DNA of 64,000 bases from Neoconidiobolus thromboides FSU 785 (GCA_025603075.1 MU626300.1:64690-128689); one strand, 5' to 3'; counted from the first letter of the stretch, positions 1-13,235 are shown. Program-made: numbers and translations. Notes: generated by a model from the letters alone, not told the origin.

Positions 1-1006
1 AATATCGAATAATCATTTGATGGATTGTGATTTGTTTTATCACCATTAAATAGCTTTAAATTATTTGCCTTTGTTCTTTCAGTTGAAGGAATTTCTCTTT
101 CACTTTCTTCTTTATACAATCTAGCTTTTTTTAAGTCTTTCTGACTATTTCTACCATTATCGTAGTCTAGCTTGCTATCTTCAACTTTAGTCTGTGCTCT
201 TCTTGGAATCTTTGATGGCATTTTTTGGCTATCTTTACTATTATCGCTATCCGGTCGATTTACTTCAGCTTTAGCTTGGGTTCTTCTTGAGATTTGTGGA
301 GGAGCCGCATATCTGTTTCTTGGAGGTAAAGATGCCTCTTTGATCTCTCTAGTTTCTCTAACTAATGATTTTTTTCCTTCTGATGTCCTTTTTGGTTGAG
401 TTTCGATACCATTTTTAGTTTCTGAAGGAGCTTTATGTGGAGCTTTTCCAACTCTTTTTCCACCTCGAACTGGCCTTGGGGGTGTATTTTCTTCTTTTTC
501 ATCAGCAGGGTTTAATAGCGATCGATCCCTTGCAGAAACGTTTTTGAAAGTCTATGATGAAATGTTGTTGGCCTATTTTATAAAATAATAATAAATAGCA
601 TACCACTATATGATCCTCTATATATCTTTCCTTATTTACATTAAGATCATGGTCTATTTCATAAACCGTCCTCTTTTCATCGTTAAAATATAATTTGATT
701 TTTAAATAAAATGAACCCCATCCCTTCTCTTCTAATGCATATGGTGGGTCTCTACGAACTATTAATAGTTATTATCATATAATATAAATAATATTGTATA
801 AGTATACTCTGTGGTTTTTTGCCAAAAGATTCATGTAGGATATATTCAACTTTATTAATAAAGTCATGATTTTTCATAGGCTCCCCGTCATCGTTTAAAG
901 CAAGAATATGTACCCTCCAAGCATATAATTTATTACCTTCAACAAATCGGTTGGAGTCTTTTACCACGGTTACTACTTTAAAGTCTTTTTCAATATTCCT
1001 TGACAT
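1..1006 (-). CDS. TAF14: Taf14-like YEATS-domain chromatin reader, 3 exons visible, 3-prime end outside window
   Basis: Splicing GT-AG introns 759-807 and 552-603 gives ...KVEYILHESF..PQIRRDPPYALEEKGWGSFYLKIKLYF..IDHDLN..YIEDHIV, matching the Taf14 YEATS fold (LHxTF, PP(F/Y)xxEExGWG, HDLN). A long basic linker follows and stays open to base 1. Confidence 0.85.
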
Positions 1007-1524
1007 TATAAATTTAGTTGCAATCAGGATTAAGCTCAGTTTATATTAAATTATTTTTATCAGTTAAATTACTTTTTATTAAAAAACAACTAGAAATTGA
1101 GACGCAATAAAATTTATAGCAAATTGGGAAACCCGGATCTAAAATGCTAAAAATGGCACCTAATCGAAATAAATTCTAAGAATACTATTATTGAAATACG
1201 CAACAGTGTAAAGTAATTTAAGAAATTTAATTTAATGAAACTAGATACACTAATACAATGCTTACTTTGATACTGTTCTTTTTCGTTTATTTATAAGATT
1301 CAAAATTTAATATTACTATTCACATAATAGTGATATATTAATACTATATATAATGAAAAAAAATGCTATATAAATTCCAAAAGATAATTCTGCTTTTTAT
1401 ATTATCATATATTCCTTTTATTTAATTTATAATGGTATATTACATTTTAAATCTTATTCAATTCATCTTGATATTATTAGTTAATTAATAAATATTATTT
1501 AACTTTTATTGAAGATACCAAACA

Positions 1525-3200
1525 TTAAATATTAATATTTTCAGGTAAAAGTAGATTAGTTTGCAAATTAGGTGAAAGTGTACCAAAGGGGAAAGTAGGT
1601 ACAGTTAAGCTTGTCATAAGCTGTTCATTATTAAGAAAATATGACGTTAAATCGAGATTAAGTAGTGGGCCAGCCTTTGGTTTGTGATCTGAAACGTAAC
1701 GCCAGATAAATGTAGCGATTAAAGAAGATAATACTAACATAAAGATACAAAATAAAACTAATGGCCTGTATCCTGAGTAAGGGATTATATTGATTAAATG
1801 AGACCCCAAAGGAGATCCAAGTAAAAAGCCAAGGCCACGCGACGCTTTATAAAAGCCTAGTAAACTGGTCAAATTGTTAACACCTAAAATATGTTAGTAA
1901 ATATTTAAAATTAAAATAAACGATAAATACCAAATAATTCTTTTGCTACCATTGAAGAGCATGTTATTGAGCCACCAGACAAGATGCCATATGAAATAAC
2001 AAAAGTAAAAAGTAAACTTAAAATAATTGTATCTAAATTATGGAAGTGAGGTTCATTAAATGGGTGTATACATGCTAATAACCAGAAAAAGCATGCCACA
2101 GAAGAAGCTATTAAAGTAACCAGAAATAAAAAGGAATAGGTGTTGAAAGGTAATGGATGCTTGCCCAAATGATACAAATTCAATAGTTTATATTTTAGTC
2201 GTATATTTTTCTTATTGATATTGATATTGTTCATTTTATCGCCTATCAATCCTATACTTATTTTTCCTAAACCTGAGGAAAGATTCAAAACAGATATTAA
2301 TATTGCTGCTGTACTCCATCCCATTTTCAACTCAGTACTTGTGAATATACCCAAAAAGTAAAATGGTATTAAATAAGCGAAGGAATGAAATAAACCAACC
2401 AAACTAAATAACATATATTTTGACCAATTTTCATAAATATTATCAAAGACCTGTTTAAAATTAAACGTCCTAAAATCATAGCTATCTTTAGCTTGGTTTG
2501 ATTTAGGTGGTACAATTAGCAAACTACTAATTAATAGTCCAAAAAACAATATCAGTGCATTGATTCTTAGCGTATTTTGATATCCGGTTACATTCAATAA
2601 ATATCCGTTTAAATATGATAGTGACATTCCACCTATTCCTGCTCCAGCAGAAGTTAATCCAGTAGCTAATCCACCATAGTGTTTGAAATGCAAAACTGGT
2701 AATGAAGTTGCAGGCATATTAGCTAAAGATATTCCAATCCCACATAACACACCTTGAGTTAAATATAAATGCCAAAGTTGGGTTGAGAAAGAAGCTAATA
2801 ATAAACTAATTGCCATTATAAAAGAAGCTATAATCGCAATTAGTTTATGTCCAAATCTATCACATAAAATACCGGAAGGTAGTGAAAAAAAAGAATTTAA
2901 TGCTGCACATAATGTTCCTACCCAACTAAATAAGCTTAAATTTATCGATAAATGTTGATTTATGTTTGGATGTTCATTAGATAAATATTCTTGGTAAATC
3001 CCAAAAGAAGATATTGGCCCGAATGATAATGCTTGTAAAAGAAAACAGCTTAATAAAACTCTGAGTCCAAACCACGAAATTAGTTTTGGCTCTTGTTCAA
3101 TTTCATTAATAAGTGGGAAATCTTGATCGTTTTGATATAATTGACTCGTTTCATCATAGTCTGTTTCAGTTTCTTCATTCCTATTTATTTCTAGATTCAT
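1525..3200 (-). CDS. MFS transporter, monocarboxylate (MCT/Mch-like) family, 2 exons, ~542 aa
   Basis: ORF 1911-3200 joins ORF 1525-1872 across GT-AG intron 1884-1930. About 12 hydrophobic segments, MFS motif A variants GILCDRFG and GLIGDKM, and MCT-like SFGIYQEYL and LYLTQGVLCGIG. Confidence 0.85.
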
Positions 3201-3664
3201 TATATTATGTTACTTAAAACTAGTTCAATTATATAAAAGCCTACATTTAATACTCCTTTTCTTTACCAACTAATTGTTAAATCATCTAAGAACTTAATAA
3301 ATTGTTATTCCTTAAAAAGGCTATTTGTATTTAAATTTAATATTCGAAATTAATGATCGTTATTCAGCAAAAAAAAATCTATTTATTTAAATCCCTGGCT
3401 TAAGAATAACATATTTGTAATAAAATAAATAAACAAACATGTTTTTCTAAAATACGTTATATTAGTACATAAACATCTCTATAATTGTGTCCTATTCATG
3501 TTGAAATAAACAGTTCTTGTTCCCTAATATTTTTACAGTGCAGCAGAGTTACTGTTGAAACAAATTGAGTTGAGTCTTTTTTGTATAGTTGTATTTTTTT
3601 TTGAAAAGTGAAATTTATGGGGAATTGATCCACTTTGCAAAATACTTTATTGAGTTTTATATAT

Positions 3665-3762
3665 GGGAATGTTTTTTTTAATTTCATTACTTTTCCATTT
3701 TTCAAGCGCTATCTGAGTGGAAAGATTGCTAGTAAAATCCTTAAACAAAAAAACACATCCCC
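3665..3762 (-). mobile_element. MITE family copy 1 (~98 bp)
   Basis: GGGAATGT..ACATCCCC ends, conserved core, flanks ATAT/ATAT. Strand is an arbitrary family orientation. Confidence 0.9.
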
Positions 3763-3959
3763 ATATGTTAAAAACTATATATTTATATAACTGAAGTATA
3801 GAAGCTTTGTTCTATTTTATCTGAAATAAGCTGTTATTTAGAAACTTCTGTGTAGTTTTACTAGTTGCTATTATCGAAAGTAAATGAATAGATTAGTAAA
3901 TTAAATATATTTGAATAACATTGGGACTTTTTTTTAGATGAGTGGCCGCTAATAATAAA

Positions 3960-5065
3960 AAGAGAAAATACAACTGTGAGAGTAGTGAAGTACAAGATAA
4001 AGTAAGAGCGAACAAGCAAGTAACCACCATTTGGATGAAAATTTATTTAAGCATATTTTAGGGTTTCCAACTGCTTTACTTTATTTTATTTTTAATAAGC
4101 TTGTGAACAAAATGGGACAAAATGTCAACTTTAACAAGTTCATAATACTAAATTGTTTAAAAATTGGTAGTCTTATGCTATTGCTAGTTTTATACTAGAT
4201 TTTGTACTTAAAGCTATTACTACTTTGAGTTATCTTGGTAGTATTGTGATAATATTAGACTTGATACTGCATGAAATTAGAAAAGTGGGTCATAAGAGGA
4301 TATGGAGATGTTTTTTTTGGCTTCATCACTCTTTTCATCTTTAAGCGCTATTTGAACGGAAAATTATTAGTAAAATTCTTAAACACAAAAATACATCCAC
4401 ATATGGTTCATAGTATATCGGAATTATCATTTGGTGATGACCTTGAAGAATATTTAGGAATGAAAGTAAACGACAGGCTGTTATATATCATCTTAGATAA
4501 TCGACATGATATAGTAAGTACTCGCTATTCGATATAATTTACACAAAGAAAAAGTTTACTCATGAAATACCATGAGCTGAAGATGATTATTCTCAACTGC
4601 CTGAATTAAGTTATAACTTTAAATACTTGAATTCAATTCATGATAAATTCCAAACAGTCACTTTATATAATTTAGTTTTATTTATTGTCGGAGATCACAC
4701 AAAGGTAATGAATAGCTTTATTAATAGTATAATTGAAGGGGCTTCTGTCATTGAAATAAATAATATCGAATTGATAGATTGGATTGAAGTTCAGATGGAT
4801 CTTTATTTACCAATTTTAATTTTGGAGCAACTTAAACATAGTTTTGTTAAAAAATGATTTGGAGTTTCCTAATGAAGTTTGTAACAAACCAAACCAAATC
4901 AAAGAGAGTATCATTTGCAAGATATATCGTAATAACCTCAGTTTTTCCATAAGCGAAAATAATGCTATTTTAGAGGAACTGGGAATCAACCAACATACAT
5001 AAATCAAAATGGTATTAAACGAGTTTGATTACAATTTTAAAGCATTTAAAAAGGATGTCTCTTAA
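3960..5065 (+). pseudogene. Possible decayed F-box gene remnant interrupted by a MITE
   Basis: Broken frames include FPTALLYFIFNKL, which resembles the F-box start LPxEllxxIFxxL, then several 60-80 codon open stretches separated by stops and frameshifts. Weak. Confidence 0.25.
4304..4400 (-). mobile_element. MITE family copy 2
   Basis: GGAGATGT..ACATCCAC ends, flanks ATAT/ATAT. Confidence 0.9.
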
Positions 5066-7031
5066 TTTCGAAATTGAATCGTTAAGACATAATATTAATT
5101 TAAGTAGTAATGAAAATGAAATTGTTATATGGGATTTATGCAGGTATTTTTTGTATTTTATTTTAGAAGTAAGAAAAATTAGGAGATAAGTGGACTTGTT
5201 GAATACACTCCATGTTGAGTCACATTTGGTTACTAAAGTAATTGTTAGGTTGGTACATCAATGCGCACTTTTTAAAACAGATAAAAACAATTTTGAGTTA
5301 TTTAATAACTTAAGCAACCATAATCAGAATTTTCATATCAGTGGAGTTAAACACATTGCTGTATAACAAGCTTGCTATATTTCTTGATCAAAATCGGGTC
5401 TACAATTTTAGGAGAATCAATACTAAGTAAGCCTGATGACTTTAAAATCAACAACCCAACTACCCTATTTTTAGAAAAAAATTCGAAACTTTTGGTATTA
5501 ATAAATGAATCTGATGACTCTGATTCTTTCTCACAGGTTATCTTTATGAATACTCAGATTTGAGTGATAAGTCAAATGAGTAATTAAGAGTGCTTACCCA
5601 GGTTTAAATTTAAAGAAATGGATAAAATAACTAATCATTATGATTCGAAGACGTTGTACAAAGGTTCAGATATTTTTATTATACCTTAAAATCCTTCTGG
5701 AAATCAACATCTTAAAACACAACTATAATACTATTTAAATAACCAAATTAGGAATGAAAAAGTTGAAAAAAGTAGGGATGACAATGAACTTATTTATCAT
5801 TTAACTAAAAAATAGAAGTATACTACTTTATATCTTTTATGGCTTAGAATTCTTTATTTAGAAGGGGGTATATATTTTATTAAAGCTGTCACATAAAGGT
5901 AGGGTTTAAATACAATTATTTACACTAAATAATCGGCAGAAAAGTAGCCAATGATATCATTACATACATCCTCTTCTAATGGACAATCTAATAACTGAGG
6001 TTTAGTAGCAGTAGCTAAATTATATACATTAGAAATGCTTTCTCCAAGAACTAAAGACTCTAAAGTACAAACGTTAAAAGGGAATAATATATTAATACCA
6101 AAGTACCATGATCATTTGTACAATTACTTTCATTTAGTACTAAATCAAAAGAGGATTTTATGATTTTTTTAATTTCTGATTTTGATAAATAATCAAACTA
6201 ATGATTTTAATAAATTAATGAATTTAATATATTGAAATACCAATTCACCATTTTGAAAAGAACTTGAGTTCACTATAATACTTTGTATTATCTCTTTTAC
6301 ATCATTTATATCATTTAGTAGCATTAATTTATGCCCAAATTGACAATTAAATAACCTTAATATTTAGCTTAATTCAACAATAATTATATACTTTAGCTCA
6401 AACTCAGTTATACTTTCTAGACTAAGTTCATTGTTCAATAAAACAAATACAACTTTATCGAAGTTCGTTGCGTAGTTTAACCTGATCCCTAAAATTAGTA
6501 TAATTTCATCAAATTAGATTTACATTTCATCAATTTTATTGTCTCTTTTCAAAATATAAAGTGCGGTATTATGATTGTCAAGGTAAATATCCTAAAATTA
6601 TTTCAGTTTAAATTTTAAATATAGTAATAGTACTAAACTGGTTTAATCTCACTTTCAGTGGCTACAAAATAGTTAGAGTAGTTTTTAGAATATGTGATTA
6701 TTTTATTACTATACTTCACATTCATTATAGTATCCTTTTGAAGCTCATTGAGCCATTTCTGTTTGGCTGCCCATCCTTTGACTCTAATATTCATAATTTC
6801 AATATAAAACAGTTATTACCTGTTTTAAATTATAATGTCTAAATATAAATACAATAAATGCAAAATTTTTAGCATTAAAAGTGATGAAAGGGTATTAAAA
6901 ATAAAAAAGAATTATATCAGTTTAATATTATTGTATACTTATAGATGTAAGGTTCGAATTTAACTCATGTTCATCTTCATTATCCTAAAACGATAATATT
7001 AATAAAAATGAAGAATGCTAATTAATTTATG

Positions 7032-8138
7032 TTACCATAGTTGGAGTATTAATAAAAGTAAAAAATAAATATCTTTCCCATAAAGCTAATTTTGCTTTAG
7101 ATTCTGGAAATTTATTATACTTTGAAGAGATTAATTGCCAAGTAGCTAAGCCTTGTCTTGCTACAATCTATATTAAAAATAGAACATGCATTAAATAGAT
7201 AGTCTTACTTAAGAATAAATGAAACAACAATAAATACAAGAGTGCTAATAGTCCACCAGTAGCTATAATTGTCAATATAAAAATAAAACCAGAAGTAATA
7301 TGAATTATAGAGTCTGGTGCTCCATTATTTATATTATATGATTTAATTACTAAAAATTTACTATAGCTTAAATATTTAAACTAATATATCCAGCTTACTT
7401 TGGTTAGAAAGACCTTCATAATCAGCTATCATATAAGATGTTAAATACCACCCTAAACTTGATGCTACCATAAGGAATAAGCAGCTCGATGCAATTAAAT
7501 AGATGAAATATCTATTTTGTAAAATTGGCTTTTATTTAGCTTTAGAGAATAAATGAATACCTATAATTTGTTTTTCCAATGCAGTTATTTAGCCAGATAC
7601 AATGATGATCCATTCCTTCAATACATTTATTACAGCTGTGGCAATGGTAAGAACATTCTTTACTATGAAAATATTACATTAAATAAACAAGGGTTATTAT
7701 AATGTTATTACAAGTATCCTTCACAATAGGAGCAAAATGAATTGTTTGAATTATTATCAGATATACTTAATATGGCCTTGATATCTAAAGGTTCGTCATT
7801 ATCCGAACTAAACAAATCACCGGTAGCAACGGGATTTGAAAAGGAACATAACAAACTTAATACGATAATTCCTATACTTAAAGAAACCATAAGGTAATAT
7901 AAAGTTAACGATGATAATTATTGCAAATATTCAACGCTTTATACAATTTGACATAAATTGAATCTTATGATCTTAATAAAAAGGATATAATTTGTAGTAT
8001 AGTATTCGCATTAACAACTAATGGTTTGATTAAGAAGAAGTAGTAATAAATCATTAATAGTTTAATGGCCCAATTGCTAATAAACAAAGGGTGATATGGT
8101 GGTAGTAGGCCATTACTTCTTCTCTTTCGGTCATTCAT
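7032..8138 (-). CDS. DHHC palmitoyltransferase (zDHHC1/11-like), at least 6 exons, with an in-frame TAA in exon 1 (possible pseudogene or unusual splicing); 3-prime end may extend to ~6928
   Basis: GT-AG introns 7663-7711, 7512-7560, 7350-7398 and 7161-7208 give [45 protein letters not shown] (exact C-x2-C-x9-HC-x2-C-x2-C-x4-DHHC spacing), TM segments and [14 protein letters not shown] (TTxE-like). The N-terminal [13 protein letters not shown] resembles the zDHHC1/11 RRNG..P.HPL motif. Confidence 0.85.
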
Positions 8139-9096
8139 ATTGAAAATAATTAAATTTATTTTTTAATTTACTAAAAAATATGGAGAATTAAACTGCATAA
8201 ATCACAGCTCAATTTCTAAATAAGGTTATAACATTTTAAGGATGTTTCATTATAGCAGAATATAAAAAATAATTATTAATACAATTTATGGTAGTAATTA
8301 AAATTATAGATAAAAGTAAAGAATCTTATGAAAGTGGTCCCGAGTTAATTATGACATTATAGAAATGATTATACTCAAAAGCAGTATATCAACTTCAGAA
8401 AAGCAACTTCACATTAGGATAAATCAATATTAGGAGCAACCATAAGCTTACAAATTGTTCTGAGTTTAAAAGTTTGTTTGTTTTAGCTATTTTTCATATC
8501 CAAATAACTACTATTATATTACTATGTAAAGCTAACATTTTAGGGTAGCAATTATCTTTTATGATCTCAATACAGATTGTAATTAAAATCAACTATCTAA
8601 AGCTACATTAAATTTTCTTAATGGTATATTAAATAAAAAAGTCATATAAAAAGCATCTATCAAAAATTTTAATATTAGATATTGTATATTTTGTACTAGT
8701 CTATTTAATCAGTGTTTAGATTTACTTCTGGAATTATATTTTACTAGGGTTACGTAGATCGTCGGTGATTTAAAAGTTATTATTTAAATCAAAAAGGTAC
8801 AATAAATTAGTTGATTTATTATAGTAACTTTAAGCATATGGTTCTAACATGTAACTATTAATTAATTGATATTATTATCATTAATAAAAAACATTATATT
8901 ATTACATTGTTATACTATATTAATGTTATCTTTTTGATATTTTTTTAATGTTTACATTATTAGTTAATTTAATTAACAATTTTCTAAATTAATTAGTTTA
9001 CATTAATTAATGCATTTGTGTATGATTGGAGAAAAATTACCTGTAAATGATCAGAATTAAGTTCCATTTTTACACTTCACTTTTACATTTTTAGCA

Positions 9097-11276
9097 ATGT
9101 CGTTATCAATTGGAAAAAATATTGGCAAATTTAAGCAGGTAAACTATAAGAACAATCGATATATAATAAACAATTATCATTATATCCTCAATTGTTATTT
9201 TGAAAAAGCAATCATATATACTTGTAAGTATTAACTCTTTTTCTTAGTGGACAAGTGAAAGAATTGGCGCTGCTGAAAAAACAGATACTTCTGAAGAATT
9301 CAAAAATCTAGAGTATGAGACTGATCAAAGAAAAGAAGCTTTAGAAAGGTTAGAAATGTCAATGGACACATATCTGAAGGTTTTAAGTAAGAGATTTTCA
9401 AATTATCTTAATTGAGTTTTATCTTTGATTCAGGTAAAAGAAAGCCAACTCAAGATGATAAAAGTAAAACCATGCCTATTGAAGCATTAGGAACCTGTAT
9501 GATTAATCAAGCGTATGTTATTGGTGAAACTACAAAATATGGTAAGATATTTAATATGTAGAGATGAGTTGGTACTTATTGTGGTGTGCAGGAAAATGCC
9601 TTAATCTCACTGGCCAAGCCCATGAAAAAATTGCAACTATCCAAGGTGAATATGTAAAGAGAACACTAACATTTATTTTACGATAATAATAATGATAAAT
9701 TTGATTTAGGTCAATAATGCACGTATGGGATATTATTCTAATTTGGAAAGATCTTTGTTAGACCTTAAAGAATATCAAGTAAAATATAATATGAAAGTTT
9801 ACTCAAAGTTTTAATAATTAATAGAGTTTAAGAAAAAAGTTGGAAAATCGTCGATTGGATTTAGATGCTAAACTTTCAAAGGTTCAAAAAGCAAAAAGAG
9901 AAAAGCCAGAGTTAGAAGAAGAAGTCCGTGCTGCACAAGTTAAATACGATGATTCTTTAGCTGAATCACAAGCGAGAATGGTAATGATAGCTGAATCTGA
10001 GGTAACAATATTTATTTTATATTAACAGTTTGACTGAATAAACAAATAAAGGAATATCATGCAAGAGACCTTGCTCTTTTAGTTAAATCGGAGCTTGAAT
10101 ATTATACAAAATCTGCTGAGATATTACAGCCACTTCTGGAGAAACTAAATGAAATGTAAATAATGGTTATTATATAATAATAGTTTATTTAAATGTTATT
10201 AGAAATAATTCAGAAATGGTCAAAAAACGTCAAAGCTCTTCAAACCTTAGAAATGGCTTTTCATCAGTCGGTCGTTCAAGCCCGTATTCCGAGAGAGAGT
10301 ACAGAAATTACAGTGAAGACGAAGAGAGAGTATCTCGTTCACCTACTACAGTCAAAGAATTTTCGGAAAGGAAGGCTACTACTAGATCAGCATTGAGATC
10401 TAGAACTCAAGAACGTGCTGCTTTACCTCCACCCATACCACGCAGACAAGGTAAATATCATATAAAATATATTATTAACTATATCATTAAATCAATATTT
10501 AAAAAGATACTAAAAAGAGAGTTAAATGTGTATTTGAATTTGAATCTAACGAAGATGATGAGCTAAGTATATATGTTGGAGACGTTATTACCGTGATAAA
10601 AGAGATTGACGAGGGATGGTGGATAGGTGAAATTAATGAAGGAAGAAATAAACGCTCAGGTATGTTTCCAGTAAACTATACTGAACCGATCGCTGAAGAA
10701 AAGCCAAAGATCCCAATAAGTCATAGCTTTGATGACAACGATCCATGGGAAGTAACCGAAAATGTAGGATCGCGTTCCTCTTATAGCCAAAAATATGAAG
10801 AACCTCAAGAGATTGAATATGAAGAACCTGAATATGAAGAGCCTGAATATGAGCCTGAACCACCACGCCCTAGTTACCGCCGTTCTAACACTACATCAGC
10901 AGTTCCTACTCGTGGTGGCTCAAACAGGAATCCACCATTGCCCAGCCGTAACGCTGAAACTCCACCTAATCCAAGCTCACGTCAACCGCCGCCATTCCCT
11001 CAAAGATCTAATAACACTAACATCCCCCCTCCACGCCCTTCTGGACCAAAGCCATCTTTAGCTTCATCGGCCCCATCAAGAAATTCGCCCCTTTCTACTC
11101 AAGCACCACGCTCATCGCCATTACGTAATCCAAATAACCCAGCATCTGCAGTAGCAGCGGCTGTTAATTCGGATGATTTAGGCCTTCTTCCAGAATGTAG
11201 AGAATGTGGGTGTGACGAATTCAGTGCTAATGTATTTAAAAAGGGCACATGCAATAATTGCTTTCATAAACATTAG
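9097..11276 (+). CDS. BAR-SH3 protein (endophilin/Mug137-like) with Pro-rich tail and C-terminal Cys/His finger; multi-exon
   Basis: Spliced N-terminus KFKQWTSERIGAAEKTDTSEEFKNLE..PIEALGTCMI (fungal BAR); SH3 VKCVFEFESNEDDELSIYVGDVITVIKEIDEGWWIGE..GMFPVNY; Pro-rich region; ends CRECGCDEFSANVFKKGTCNNCFHKH. Confidence 0.85.
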
Positions 11277-11873
11277 ATTAGTAATCAAAATGAAATATTT
11301 AGAAGAATTGGTATTATTTTGAGTTTAATTTATTTTGGAGGTTACTAAATTGAATAGCAGTTGTACTATATCAAATCTATCATTTAATAAAGATATATTT
11401 TATGTTTTTAAAATGAAGTAGTATATAATATTAAAGTTATTGATACATGATTTAGGCTTGGAGGAATATTAACTTTAGATGAGCTATTTTGAAAAATATG
11501 TTCCTTAACTTAAATCATTTGACTCGAAGTTTTATGATATTTAAATTATTATTCTTTATACTGATTTAAATAAAAATCATAAAGCTTTTAAAATAAATAT
11601 CTTGAAGCAACTAGATATTATGATAGCGAATAATTACTCAGTTTTGAGCAATTTATTTTAGCTCTTATAGGTCACATTTATTAAATTTAATTTTTTTATT
11701 TCCTTTTATGTCCTAGTCATTTTTTGCCCTTATTTTGTTATTTGAACTATTTTAAAAAAAAATCAAATTGAAACAATTGTTAATACATAATTTCAAAATA
11801 AATTTATTATTGCAATATTTGAGAATCAACTCAAGAACTATAAGCCAAAAGCTAATATGAATTATCAAAAAAA

Positions 11874-13235
11874 TTAAATACCATCTACATGGGGCCCATG
11901 AGGAACTATTGGGTTTATACCTCTAGTAACAGAGCAAGAGTTATTATTGCCAAAATCGCAATAAACTGCACTAGAGCCATTGTATTTACAAGTAGTTCCC
12001 GATGCACATTGGCGTAAAAGCCATTTTCCATTATAACATAATGCATAACTGTTTCCATTACAAGAATAATACCCCTCATTACTGCAGGAATTTCCGTTAA
12101 TTGGGCAAGTTCCAGGAACAGAGGTGGTTGTGGTAGTGGTGGCACTAGTGGTAGTTGAGGTAACTGGAGGATTAGACGTTGAGGTAGCAGTAGAGGTAAC
12201 TGGGGGCTTAGTGGTTGAAGCGGTGGTAGAGGTAACTGGAGGGGTAGAAGTAGAAGTAGGGACAGTTCCTCCACAAGTTCCTTGGGCTAAGAAACTGGCT
12301 ACACTCTGTCCAAAGCTACCATTATTATAAACTTGAGAAGCATCCCAAAACATTAAACCACCAAAATTTGGATATTGTGAGCGCACCTGTGATACTTTTG
12401 AAGAAATAGTGCCAGCATCGACGTAACCATTATTGGCACCTGTTTGGCCACCTGGTAAACCTACGTATAATTTCACATTCTTATTGACAGCAGTATTCTT
12501 TGCCCAGTTATCCCAGTCAGCATAATTAAATTGAGCGTTCAAGCCACAATAATTATTATAGAATTGAATAAAAACCATATCAAACCATGCGCTATTTAAA
12601 ACAGGACCGAGATAGCCATCTGGGAATGGACATTGTGGGGCAGCAGCAATATAGTACTTCTTAGAAGGATCGCTTGCATATAATCCACGTAACTCATTAA
12701 TGAACGCAGTATATCCAGTTGAAGAACCACCTTCAATATCTAAATCTACACCATCTAATACTGCATCACCAAATGGTCTATTTGTAGTTGTCCCTTTAAA
12801 TAAGGAATCCCAGATTTGACGAGCAAAGTTTTTACCATCAGCATCAGACCCAAAACCATATGAACCAGCAGCTCCTCCCAATGACATTAAAACAGCAACG
12901 CCTTTGGATTGACAGTATTTAATATCTGCACCAATGGCAGGACAAGTTAAGAGATCTGTACCAGGGAATGTAGTTTCACATGCACTGCTAAGATTAATCA
13001 ATGGCGTATTTTTTCCATTAAAAACGTGCATGAATGATAAATTAACGAGAGACACTCCAGGCTGATCACAATAATATTTTAGTGGCTTTTGAGCATTTCC
13101 ATCGTTTCCATGAGTAGCACCATAGGAATTTTGCCCCCAATAGAGTACTAAATTACTATTACAATTGACGTTAAAAGCATCAATTGCTGAACCAGAAAGA
13201 GCTAAACTTAAAACAAATGTAGATATGAATTTCAT
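11874..13235 (-). CDS. Secreted GH18 class III (Cts1-like) chitinase with Thr/Pro linker and Cys-rich CBM19-like domain
   Basis: Signal peptide; YWGQNS; catalytic DGVDLDIEG (DxxDxDxE); AAPQCPFPD; QFYNN; three PPVTST linker repeats at 12-aa spacing; C-terminal Cys-rich module. Intronless. Confidence 0.93.
   Translation of the reverse strand: MKFISTFVLSLALSGSAIDAFNVNCNSNLVLYWGQNSYGATHGNDGNAQKPLKYYCDQPGVSLVNLSFMHVFNGKNTPLINLSSACETTFPGTDLLTCPAIGADIKYCQSKGVAVLMSLGGAAGSYGFGSDADGKNFARQIWDSLFKGTTTNRPFGDAVLDGVDLDIEGGSSTGYTAFINELRGLYASDPSKKYYIAAAPQCPFPDGYLGPVLNSAWFDMVFIQFYNNYCGLNAQFNYADWDNWAKNTAVNKNVKLYVGLPGGQTGANNGYVDAGTISSKVSQVRSQYPNFGGLMFWDASQVYNNGSFGQSVASFLAQGTCGGTVPTSTSTPPVTSTTASTTKPPVTSTATSTSNPPVTSTTTSATTTTTTSVPGTCPINGNSCSNEGYYSCNGNSYALCYNGKWLLRQCASGTTCKYNGSSAVYCDFGNNNSCSVTRGINPIVPHGPHVDGI

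Noticed and set aside
5925-6590. Minus-strand semi-open frames with scattered stops
   Set aside because: Looks like decayed coding DNA but has no recognisable motif or splice structure.
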